Below, piece by piece: positions 46,860 through 55,432 of a stretch of 64,000 nucleotides of DNA. The position numbers and the translations under genes are program-made. The stretch is from NCBI GenBank assembly GCA_000092065.1, contig CP000585.1. The stretch is one strand, 5' to 3'. This stretch comes from Ostreococcus lucimarinus (taxonomy: Eukaryota). Within the stretch, counting starts at the first letter, position 1. Each line of letters begins with the position of its first letter. The notes under the pieces were generated by a model that saw nothing but the letters and a program-made list of their open reading frames with translations, was not told the origin of the DNA and searched no databases.

Positions 46860-47875
46860 CTAAACGCCGCGCATGAGTTTATCCAACACGCTGTTCACTT
46901 CGATTTTCTTTCCTGTGGCCGCCATCTCGCCGACGACGCCCAACACCTGTTCGCGGCTAAAGCCCATGTTGCCGAAGTCGGCGATCATGTGCTCGAGCGG
47001 CACCGCTCCGGATGTTTGCACCGCGCTCGCAGGCGGCGGCGGCGGCGGCGAAGACTCGATCGGAGTGTACGCGGGGTACGCCGTCGGATAGGCTGGAGAT
47101 TCCGGTCGCGGCTGCTCGAATGGCGGCGGCGGCGCACCGTACCCGTGGGGAGAACCGTGCGGTGGCGGCGCGCCGTATCCGTGAGGAGGACCGTGCGGTG
47201 GCGGAGGACCGCGATGCGGTGGTCCGCGCTCGTGTGGTGGCGGGTGACGATGCGGCGGAGGTCCACGCTCGTGCGGCGGAGGTCCACGCTCGTGCGGCGG
47301 AGGCCCACGCTCGTGCGGCGGAGGCCCACGCTCGTGCGGCGGAGGTCCACGCTCGTGCGGCGGAGGACCGTGTCCGCCTCGAGGCGGCGGACCGTGGCGT
47401 CGCGGCGTCGGTCCCCGATCCCCCCTTCGCGGCGGCGGCGGCGGCGGGCACTCCTCGTAGTGCTCCTCGTAATCATCATCGTACGACCCCGAGCCGTCGT
47501 CTTCCTCCGTCGCCTCGAACCTTTCCGACGTCGTCGACAGCGTCTCGACGCGTTCGCTCAACGCCGCCACCTGTCCCGTCAACGTTTTCAACGCCGCGCT
47601 CATCTCCGCGAACCCCTCGCGCGCGATCGCCTCCAGCGCCCGCACGCGCGCCGTGACATCTTCGATCTCCTCGTCCGCGCGCGTTTTCACCCCCTCCGTC
47701 GTCGTCTCGGCGCGTCGCGCGTTCGTTTTCGTCGTCGAGATTCGCTCGGCGTCCTCGTCAGCCTTCACCGTCGCGCGTTCGCGCTCGCGCGGCGCGCGGC
47801 GCGCGATCGGCGCCAACAGCTCGAACGGATCGCGTTGCTCGCGGTCGTTTTCGGCGTCGTCGCGGGCGACCATCG
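46860..47875 (-). CDS. Protein with an N-terminal coiled coil, a central proline-rich heptapeptide repeat region (GPPPHER)n, and a C-terminal UBA-like domain.
   Basis: The first ATG is at about 47875 (MVARDDAEND...). The repeat reads GPPPRGGHGPPPHERGPPPHERGPPPHERGPPPHERGPPPHERGPPPHRHPPPHERGPPHRGPPPPHGPPHGYGAPPPHGSPHGYGAPPPP. The C-terminus reads LEHMIADFGNMGFSREQVLGVVGEMAATGKKIEVNSVLDKLMRGV (UBA-like). Confidence 0.5.
47150..47400. repeat. Coding 21-bp minisatellite. The core GGAGGTCCACGCTCGTGCGGC has 5 near-perfect copies at about 47257-47365, flanked by degenerate copies, and encodes (GPPPHER)n on the minus strand.
   Basis: The units are read directly. They differ only at C/T in ggaggTccacg versus ggaggCccacg. 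Confidence 0.8.
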
Positions 47876-47981
47876 CGCGCGTCGACGAGTGCGCGCGCGC
47901 GCGCGGATTCGGTCGCGCGAAACGCGTTGAGACAGACAACAAATTACAAGGACAAGCGCGAGCGAAGGTACAAGAAGAGTT

Positions 47982-49571
47982 TCAACCGGACGCTAAACCG
48001 TCGGTGGTGCAGTCGATGAAGCGCTCGCCGCGCTTGGCCGCGGCCTGAGCGCGGGAGGTCTCGTCGTCGACGCGCTCGCGCTCGGCCGTGCGAGGCGATT
48101 CCAAGAGCTGAGCGACGAGAGCGGAGACGCAACTCAACGCGGCGGCGACGTACAGGGCGAAGGAATAATCGCCGTACGAATCATAGAATAAACCCGCGAC
48201 GTAAGGCGCGGCGAGACCGGAGAGCCCCCAAGCGGTAAAAATGCGCCCGTAAGTGCGCGCAAAATCGCCCGCGCCGGCGACGCGGCGAACCTCCACCGGT
48301 ATGGTGCTCGCGAACATGCCGTACACGACGCCCGCGGCGGCGAGGGCGAGTTTACCGGCGAGAATGCTCGTCTTATCCATGGCAGCCCACATTAGCGGTC
48401 CAACCGCGAGAAGTGGTGTGAGCACGAGCACGCGCTTCGGCGACACTCGATCGCAAAGCCATCCGCCAAAGATGCGACCGGCGGATGTCGTAAAGGAGAC
48501 GATGGACACGCCGCCGATGATGAGCGTTTGCGCGGAAAGACCGCGAGACGACAGCAAGGTGGCGCCGTGTGACATGACCATGAGTCCAGAAAACAATCCA
48601 GTCGCCATGCACACCCACAGCACGCGTATGAGCGGTGCGAGCTTGATGTCGCGTTCCATCTCGTCGAGCATGACGTTATCCTTGTCGCGCATCTTCGCCA
48701 GCGGCGCCGCCAACCCGCACGCGCGAAAGAGAAGGAATATAGGCACGGCAGAGAACGCGATGTAATTTCCGAGCGTATTAAGAGCGTATTGCGGCCCTCC
48801 CGAAAACACCATCGCCTTCACCATCGGCGCGAACAAAAACGCCCCGAACGCGCGCGCCGACGTCACCAGCCCCGTGGCGAGCCCCGCGCTCAGGGGCGCG
48901 TACGGCGACATCTGCACCGACAGTCCGTACCCGAGTCCACTCGCGAACCCAAACATCACCCCATACCCCAAAAACAGCGGCCATACCGCCCTGAGCGGCA
49001 CCGCCAGCGCCGCCGTCCACAGCCCGCACCCCGCGAACGCCGCCGCGAACGCCGCCACGCGAGACGCCGAGTACGTCGCGTACACCCACGGCCCCGCGAA
49101 CGACATCGCGCTCACCGTGGCCACCGTGCAGAGCGAAAACACGCTCGACAGCACCGCTCGCCCCACCCCCAGCCCTTGTTCGAGCGGCACCAAGTAAATC
49201 GACCAACAAAACAGCGTCCCGAGTCCCAAGTTCAACCCGAGCGCGCCCGCGTACCCCGCCCATCGCCTCGCCGCCGTCGCGTCCTCCGCCTCGTCCTCCG
49301 CCTCGTCCTCGCCCGCGTCGAACCCGTCCCACGACGCGTTATATATCGCCCCCGCCCGTCCCGCCGCGCGCCGTCGCCCGTCGCGCGTCCGTCCCGTCGC
49401 GCTTTTCCGCGCTTTTTCCTCCCACGCCGTCGTCGCCGTCGTCGCCCGCGTCGTCGTCGCGTCCGCGCGTCGACGCCGCGCGCGCGTCGTCGTCCGCGCG
49501 CGCCGCGCCCGCGTCGTCGTCGCGCGCGCCGTCGCCGTCGCCGTCACCGTCGCGCGCGCCGTCGCCGTCAT
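47982..49571 (-). CDS. Major facilitator superfamily (MFS) transporter with 12 predicted TM helices.
   Basis: The ATG at 49571 is verified (MTATARAT...). Hydrophobic helices occur throughout, with about 12 segments such as GALGLNLGLGTLFCWSIYLV, LWTAALAVPLRAVWPLFLGYGVMFGFASGLGYGL, IRVLWVCMATGLFSGLMVMS and GLAAPYVAGLFYD. The N-terminal 60 aa are T/A/R-rich. Confidence 0.65.
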   Translation of the reverse strand: MTATARATVTATATARATTTRARRARTTTRARRRRADATTTRATTATTAWEEKARKSATGRTRDGRRRAAGRAGAIYNASWDGFDAGEDEAEDEAEDATAARRWAGYAGALGLNLGLGTLFCWSIYLVPLEQGLGVGRAVLSSVFSLCTVATVSAMSFAGPWVYATYSASRVAAFAAAFAGCGLWTAALAVPLRAVWPLFLGYGVMFGFASGLGYGLSVQMSPYAPLSAGLATGLVTSARAFGAFLFAPMVKAMVFSGGPQYALNTLGNYIAFSAVPIFLLFRACGLAAPLAKMRDKDNVMLDEMERDIKLAPLIRVLWVCMATGLFSGLMVMSHGATLLSSRGLSAQTLIIGGVSIVSFTTSAGRIFGGWLCDRVSPKRVLVLTPLLAVGPLMWAAMDKTSILAGKLALAAAGVVYGMFASTIPVEVRRVAGAGDFARTYGRIFTAWGLSGLAAPYVAGLFYDSYGDYSFALYVAAALSCVSALVAQLLESPRTAERERVDDETSRAQAAAKRGERFIDCTTDGLASG

Positions 49572-49835
49572 CCGCCCCGCGCGCGCGTCTGCGCGTCGTC
49601 GCGTCGCCGCGTCGCGATCGGTCGACGTCGATCGACATTTCGATCGCGCGTCGACCCTCGCGCCGTCGATCGCGCGGACGCGTCGACCCTCGCGCGGTCG
49701 ATCGACCGACCGACCCGCGCGACGCGTCCCCGGAAACCCTCGGTCCTCTCGACGAGTCGTGACTCGAGAACGAGGGACTCCGATTTCGGTCGTTCGTTAT
49801 TCCGCGTCGCATTGCGCGACGCCGCGTCGCGCGCG

Positions 49836-52800
49836 ATGGCGCGCGATCGCGCGTCGCGAGCGCGCGCGCGCGCCTCGAGGGGCGACGGATGGACGTCGAC
49901 GGCGCGGCGCGCGCGCGGAGGGGGCGCGCGGGCGCGAGGCGGGCGCGCGTCGGCGTCGTCGACGGCGTCGGAGAGCTCGAGCGGGACGGCGACGGGGACG
50001 AGCGGGACGACGAGCGACGCGACGGAGACGAGCGAGAGCGAGAGCGAGCGCGAGGGCGAGGGCGAGCGCGAGAGTGGGACGCGCGAGCGGGGGTTCGTCG
50101 GACGCGTCGTGGGGGCGCTGACGCCGGCGAATTGGGGATTCATGCGGAGCGGCCGAGACGAGGGCGCGAGACGCGAGAGGGCGGCGAGCGAGAGCGAGAG
50201 CGAGAGCGATTCCGACGACGAGGACTCGTGTGGTGCGGTAGGTGAGGCGTCTGAGAGTGGTGAACGCGAGAGCGCGACGAGCGAAGGGTCGAGCGAGGAG
50301 GAGACGGACGCGAGGCGACGGACGAGCGGCGGCGAGGCGACGACGAAGAAGGCGGACGAGGAAGACGACGAACGGTCGTCCCCGAGGAAATCTCGACCGA
50401 GTTGGGCGCGGAAAAGCGCGCCGATAGAGCCGACGCCTTGGTTAAATCGCGATACCGCGTACGGTGGACCGTTTCGGGACAACATCAAATCATTTCTGAA
50501 TCGATACGCCGAGTGCGACGGAAGATACACCGAGGTCGGGATTATGGGATACTCCGTGGTACTCTCTAAAGGTCAGCCCCACGCGACGACGCTGCGCATT
50601 TACGAAGAAGTCGTGGAGGAATCCGAGCGCGCGCACTGCGATTGCTGTCGATGCATCGGTTGGGTGCATCATCCGGTGAACAAGAAGCAGTATCATTTCA
50701 TCGTGCACACCGATTTCAAAGCTCGGAACAAACCCGAACTCACGGGTAAGCGCATTTGTCAGCTTTGCTGCTGCGCCGTGAGCTCGAGCGAACGTAAGTG
50801 CTCGGTATGCGACGAAGTGGACAAAGAATGTTCCATTTTAGATCACCAGACACATCTTTTACACGGCATGATTCACGCAAACGGTTTCGGTCACCTGAAA
50901 CGCATCAATGGGCGCGAAGCGGGGAGCATGGCGCTGAGTGGAACGCAATTGATGGGTTTATGGGAAACAATTTGCTACCAGCTTCGCGCGAGAGAGGTGA
51001 GTGTGGAGGATGTGAGTCAGAAATACGGTGTAGAGCTTCGTTTGTTGAATCCGGTTTCGCGCGGCGCGACGTGGTACGGGACGTACGGCTACATCTTCGG
51101 CAAGGGAAGCTTCGGGAACACCCTGATGACGCACAAGCGAGCGAGCGAGCTTTTACGCAAGTTTCCAGTGCGACAACTTCGTAACGATTTTTCGTACGTC
51201 AAGGATCTTTTAGATAAGGAAGGAAACGAAGACGCCGTGGACGTCGTGGCATTGGTGGACAAGTATGTGAAAATCTTCAACAACGAGGATATCGGGATCA
51301 ACACTGTGGGTGATTTGGTCAACAACGTCATGATGTTGCAAAGAGATATTCGTCTGGCCGTTAAGGAAGGTCGTCGACCGCCCGAGCGATTGGCCCTGCA
51401 CGGCGTGGCTGCAGTATTAGCGGGCACAAAGATTGTCGACAAGAAGGGCGAGTACAAGCGCAATATCACAGATTCTCCGAAATTAGCCAGACGTCCGCCA
51501 CCGAATTCACAACAAGTGTCAAAGAAGGCAAAGACGAGTGCAGCTCCGCCGCCGCCGCGGACCGAGCGAGCTCGCGCGCTTCGGCGTCGCGACGAAGAAA
51601 GTCCCGCCGTTGCGCCAGAGGATATTAAAATCAACTTGCCGAGTGATCCGATGGTACACTGGGATTCGCGCGGTCGGGACTCGCACCATGCGCCGAGCAC
51701 GACGTCAAGATGGAGTCAGGCGAGACTTAACGTCGCGGCCAATGCGTGCGTACTCGCCCTGAACGATCAGCGAGACCGATGGATTTCTAGACAAGAAGTT
51801 CGCGCCGGTGCGAGAGAAAAGGGCATTGGCGACACGGGACTCTTGGATCACATCTTGAAGACGCTCAATGACCGTCAAGTGACGCTTCCGAGTGGAAAAC
51901 AATGTATCGTTCGTCGTCGTCAGGGTAAGAATCAGATGGAGTTCACGTTAGAGGTGACACGCTCGAAGCCGCTGCAACTCGTCGCCATCAAGGACGAAGC
52001 GCCGACGCCAGTGAAAGTTGAGCCGCGATCGGAAGTTACGCCAGCGAAAATGCTCGCGCAAAAGTTCAAGAACGGTCGCGTAGCTCGCACTGTGGATGAG
52101 CTCACCGCGGCAGAGGTGGATCGGGATTTGCTCACGTTGTACCACGATGTGCTGGAAAGCTACAAACCGGCGCGGTTGCAAAAGAATGCGGGTCAACGCG
52201 TCACCGTCAAAGGTGCTCCGCTCATCGAAGCAGCTCGTACGCTTCTCGATACGAAACAATTCGTCAAAATTTACACCCCAGTCGAAGATTTGCTCGATTC
52301 CACGCCAGCGAGTAAGCTGGTCAAGCCGGCACCGAATGCTCAAAAGGCTATTCGAATCATCGTCACGGCGGTCATCGACACTCGCAATCAAGGTCCCCTG
52401 CTCAGTGGATTGGGCGCAAACAACGGCAAGTCGCGTCAACGCATCGGAACGATCACGCGGCCACCCCCTGAGATGGTTTGGCTTCCAAGTGATCCTACGC
52501 TCGGTGATTTGAAGCGCGTTGCGTCCAAGGCGTTTCGAGATTTGTACGTCGTCTTGTCCGACTTCAAAGTGACTCGAGTGAAAGGGTACGAGGGCGTGAG
52601 CGACAAGACTCGCTTGGGTTGGCGTAAAATGCACGGTGCGTTCGTCGAAGTCCATGGCGAGGGCGCTGATTTAGAAAGTGAATTCCGTTACCAGGGCGGC
52701 TTGGAACAGTGGACGGTCAAGTGCATGTGCGGCACAGGAGACGACGACGGCGAACGAATGATCGCGTGCGACGAGTGCGGTATTTGGATGCACACTCGCT

Positions 52801-52931
52801 GCGTCGGCATCAAGGATAGCGCCAAGGCGCCTAGCAATTGGATTTGTCCTAAATGCGCGCCTACTCCAGCGGTGGCAGTCGACGTCGCCCCCAAGGCACC
52901 GAGACCTGCGCCTCGAAGACGACGCGAGTAA
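49836..52931 (+). CDS. PHD-finger protein of the plant MS1/MMD1 (MALE STERILITY 1 / MALE MEIOCYTE DEATH 1)-like family.
   Basis: The C-terminal PHD reads CMCGTGDDDGERMIACDECGIWMHTRCVGIKDSAKAPSNWICPKC. The conserved N-terminal module reads FRDNIKSFLNRYAECDGRYTEVGIMGYSVVLSKGQPHATTLRIYEEVVEESERAHCDCCRCIGWVHHPVNKKQYHFIVH, which matches the MS1/MMD1 architecture. The start is chosen at the ATG at 49836 (an alternative is 50142). The S/E-rich acidic linker follows. The 5' 1 kb of the 1380-aa track ORF is antisense to the MFS gene and is excluded. Confidence 0.6.
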   Translation: MARDRASRARARASRGDGWTSTARRARGGGARARGGRASASSTASESSSGTATGTSGTTSDATETSESESEREGEGERESGTRERGFVGRVVGALTPANWGFMRSGRDEGARRERAASESESESDSDDEDSCGAVGEASESGERESATSEGSSEEETDARRRTSGGEATTKKADEEDDERSSPRKSRPSWARKSAPIEPTPWLNRDTAYGGPFRDNIKSFLNRYAECDGRYTEVGIMGYSVVLSKGQPHATTLRIYEEVVEESERAHCDCCRCIGWVHHPVNKKQYHFIVHTDFKARNKPELTGKRICQLCCCAVSSSERKCSVCDEVDKECSILDHQTHLLHGMIHANGFGHLKRINGREAGSMALSGTQLMGLWETICYQLRAREVSVEDVSQKYGVELRLLNPVSRGATWYGTYGYIFGKGSFGNTLMTHKRASELLRKFPVRQLRNDFSYVKDLLDKEGNEDAVDVVALVDKYVKIFNNEDIGINTVGDLVNNVMMLQRDIRLAVKEGRRPPERLALHGVAAVLAGTKIVDKKGEYKRNITDSPKLARRPPPNSQQVSKKAKTSAAPPPPRTERARALRRRDEESPAVAPEDIKINLPSDPMVHWDSRGRDSHHAPSTTSRWSQARLNVAANACVLALNDQRDRWISRQEVRAGAREKGIGDTGLLDHILKTLNDRQVTLPSGKQCIVRRRQGKNQMEFTLEVTRSKPLQLVAIKDEAPTPVKVEPRSEVTPAKMLAQKFKNGRVARTVDELTAAEVDRDLLTLYHDVLESYKPARLQKNAGQRVTVKGAPLIEAARTLLDTKQFVKIYTPVEDLLDSTPASKLVKPAPNAQKAIRIIVTAVIDTRNQGPLLSGLGANNGKSRQRIGTITRPPPEMVWLPSDPTLGDLKRVASKAFRDLYVVLSDFKVTRVKGYEGVSDKTRLGWRKMHGAFVEVHGEGADLESEFRYQGGLEQWTVKCMCGTGDDDGERMIACDECGIWMHTRCVGIKDSAKAPSNWICPKCAPTPAVAVDVAPKAPRPAPRRRRE

Positions 52932-53048
52932 GACATGCTTTTTAGAAGTTGTCTTTTAGCGACCCGACAGTAATAAAATGAATAATAAGAATTGAATGAA
53001 TGTTGAGAATACAAGGATAAAGCTGAGCGAAGCGAGCCGTATGTAAAC

Positions 53049-54335
53049 TTAGTGCATTTGCGCTTTTTGAGCTTTCAAGTACGATTGCGGGAGCATGAGA
53101 AACTTCTCAACCTTGGGCACGTAAGCGCGCTGATTGAAGTTGTTGTACCCATTTGCCTCGATCGCATCTAAAATGTTTCTGTACACATCCAACGCACTCC
53201 AGACGGGCCAGCGAGCGTCCTTGTGCAAGCAGTTGACGCCATCTTCGGCGTCTTTAAACACTTGGCGCGCGCGTTCGATTTGAAACTTCATAAACGCCAC
53301 CCAGCGGTCGTCAACCTTGCCCGTGGACGGGCTGAACATACCTCGCAAAACCTCTTGCTCGGTGATGCCGAATCTGTTCAAATCCTCGATCGGGACGTAA
53401 ATGCGGTTGCGCGTTTGCGCATCTTCGCCGACGTCGCGCAAAATGTTTGTCAATTGATTCGCGAGCCCAAGCGCCAACGCAGCTTTGTACACCTTCTTGA
53501 CGTCGCCCTGGAAATTCTCGTCGCATCCCATGATGGGCATGGACATCAAACCCACCGTGCCGGCGACGCGGTAGCAATACTCGTAAAGCTCGTCGAAAGT
53601 CTCGTACCGCGGCTTAACGAGATCCATTCGCATACCATCAATCATGTCTCTGAACGGCTGAATATCGACCGGAAATCGCGAGAGGGTATCGCACAGCGTC
53701 GCGTCGATCATATCCACCGGCTTCCCGTCAAAGATACCCTCGAGGCGTTCTTCCCATCGATCGAGCGCTTCCGGGGTGATGTGCGACGCATTCGGTCCGT
53801 CGACTAGCTCATCCGTTCTCCGGCACCACACATAAATCGCCCAAATCGCTCGTTGCTTCTCCGGTGTCATGAGCTTTGTGCCGAGATAAAACGTCTTCGC
53901 GTACTCAGCCGTCACTTCTCTGCAGCGTTCGTACGCCGCGTCCAAACTCTCGATCGGCACGTTAATCTTCGGCGCTCGCTCGTTCGCCGTTTGTCTCGCC
54001 ACGCACGCCTCCAACGCGCGCTGTTCCACCTCGTACCCACTCGCCCCATCCCCGACGACGTCCTCCGGACGTCGTCTCGCGCTCGCCGGGGCGCTCAGCA
54101 ACGATCCATCCACCACCGCGCGATTCTTATTCCGCATCACTCGCGTCCCACTCGACGTTTTCCCCGTCGACGCGTTCGATGACACCGCCATCGTCACCAC
54201 CGCGCGTTCCCGCGCGCGTCCTCGCGTCGCCGCCGTCGCCGTCGTCGCCGCCGTCGTCGTCGTTCGTCCCCGTCCTATCGCCGCCGTCCCGCGCGCGCCT
54301 CGCGTCGCGTTCGCCATCGCGCGCGTCGCCATCGC
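53049..54335 (-). CDS. PSY: Phytoene synthase, with a plastid transit-peptide-like N-terminus.
   Basis: Squalene/phytoene synthase signatures are present: [53 protein letters not shown] and [14 protein letters not shown]. The track start is TTG; the first ATG is at about 54335 ([12 protein letters not shown]...). The presequence is T/A/R-rich. Confidence 0.85.
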   Translation of the reverse strand, partial: AMATRAMANATRGARGTAAIGRGRTTTTAATTATAATRGRARERAVVTMAVSSNASTGKTSSGTRVMRNKNRAVVDGSLLSAPASARRRPEDVVGDGASGYEVEQRALEACVARQTANERAPKINVPIESLDAAYERCREVTAEYAKTFYLGTKLMTPEKQRAIWAIYVWCRRTDELVDGPNASHITPEALDRWEERLEGIFDGKPVDMIDATLCDTLSRFPVDIQPFRDMIDGMRMDLVKPRYETFDELYEYCYRVAGTVGLMSMPIMGCDENFQGDVKKVYKAALALGLANQLTNILRDVGEDAQTRNRIYVPIEDLNRFGITEQEVLRGMFSPSTGKVDDRWVAFMKFQIERARQVFKDAEDGVNCLHKDARWPVWSALDVYRNILDAIEANGYNNFNQRAYVPKVEKFLMLPQSYLKAQKAQMH

Positions 54336-54601
54336 GCGCGTCGTCGTCGCTCGGATCGACGCTTTCCGCGATCGTCGCTCGGATCGGCGCTCGCGTCGCG
54401 CGTCGTCGCGTGCGCGCGCGCGTCGCAATCCCGCGCGCGCGCGCCGCGGAAAGCGTCGATCCTATCCACGCCGCGGCGAATGTCCGACCGACCGCGTGGC
54501 GCGATCGATGTCGTATGGGAGTCAGTGAGCGCGGGCGAGACTGGATTACACGGTCGTCGAGGCGGTCGCGGTCGCGCACTTCTTCGCCTCCTCGACGGCG
54601 C

Positions 54602-55204
54602 TCACTTCTTCGCCTCCTCGCGATCGGTGACCAAGATTAAATGACTGCCGAACTGCGTGTCCACCGGCCCTAGGACGGCGCCGATCTCGCCGCTGAAGAC
54701 GACGGCGTCGAACTCCTTGACCATTTGTCCCGGCTTGAACGCGCCGAGCTCGCCGCCCTTCTTGGCGCTCGGACACGTCGAGTGCTGCTCCGCCACGCGC
54801 GCGAATTTCGCTCGTAACGGTGCGCCTCCGGCGACGTCGGCTTCGATCTCCGCCTTGAGCGCCTCCGCGCGCGCTCGATCCTTCACGAGCACGTGCGACG
54901 CCGTCGCCGTCGGCCCGAACATCATCGACCCGAACGCGCGGTACACGAAGAACGCGATAGTCGCGACGAACACGCCTATAGAGCCGTACGTCAGCATCAC
55001 CGTCTCCGCGTCCGCGACGTCACCGAGCGGCGTCGCGCCCGTCGCGACGCGCGACGTCGTCGTCCGCGTCGTCGTCCGCGTCGCGCCCGGACGCATCGCC
55101 GTCGTCGCGCGCGGCGTCGCGCGCGCGCGTCGCGTCGCGCGCGGCGTCGCGCGCGTCGGCGCCGTCGCGCGCGGCGTCGCCGTCGCCGTCGTCGTCGTCG
55201 TCAT
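54602..55204 (-). CDS. PpiC-type (parvulin) peptidyl-prolyl cis-trans isomerase with a T/A/R-rich presequence and one TM helix (thylakoid-type small parvulin candidate).
   Basis: The parvulin core reads ASHVLVKDRARAEALKAEIEA...FARVAEQHSTCPSAKKGGELGAFKPGQMVKEFDAVVFSGEIGAVLGPVDTQFGSHLILV. The TM helix reads IGVFVATIAFFVYRAF. An ATG at 55204 (MTTTTTATATPRATAP...) gives a 69-aa presequence. An alternative ATG at 54997 would start at the TM. Confidence 0.5.
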   Translation of the reverse strand: MTTTTTATATPRATAPTRATPRATRRARATPRATTAMRPGATRTTTRTTTSRVATGATPLGDVADAETVMLTYGSIGVFVATIAFFVYRAFGSMMFGPTATASHVLVKDRARAEALKAEIEADVAGGAPLRAKFARVAEQHSTCPSAKKGGELGAFKPGQMVKEFDAVVFSGEIGAVLGPVDTQFGSHLILVTDREEAKK

Positions 55205-55432
55205 CGTCGCGCGCGCCGGCCGCGTCGTCGTCTCGCGCGGTCGACGCGCGGTCGATCGGTTCGCGATCGATCGCGCGCGCGCGTCGTCCAACCTCGCGCC
55301 GTCGATCGATCGCGCGCGCGCGAACCTCGCGCGCGGTGGTTCGAATCGCGACGCATCGCGTCCCGCCGGCGCGCGCATTCGTGCGCGACGGCGGACGACG
55401 ACGCCGCGGCGCGCGGCGCGCGGCGCGCACGA

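Noticed and set aside
48789-50141. The 5' parts of very long track ORFs: 48789..52931 (1380 aa), 31156..35376 (1406 aa), 26207..28102, 38933..41062, 21696..23945 and 54893..57991.
   Set aside because: The N-terminal hundreds of residues of each are antisense to the neighbouring, independently supported gene (MFS, RAP, GLG1-like, NELF-B, FHA and PpiC respectively). Real starts were re-placed at internal ATGs close to the divergent partner's start.
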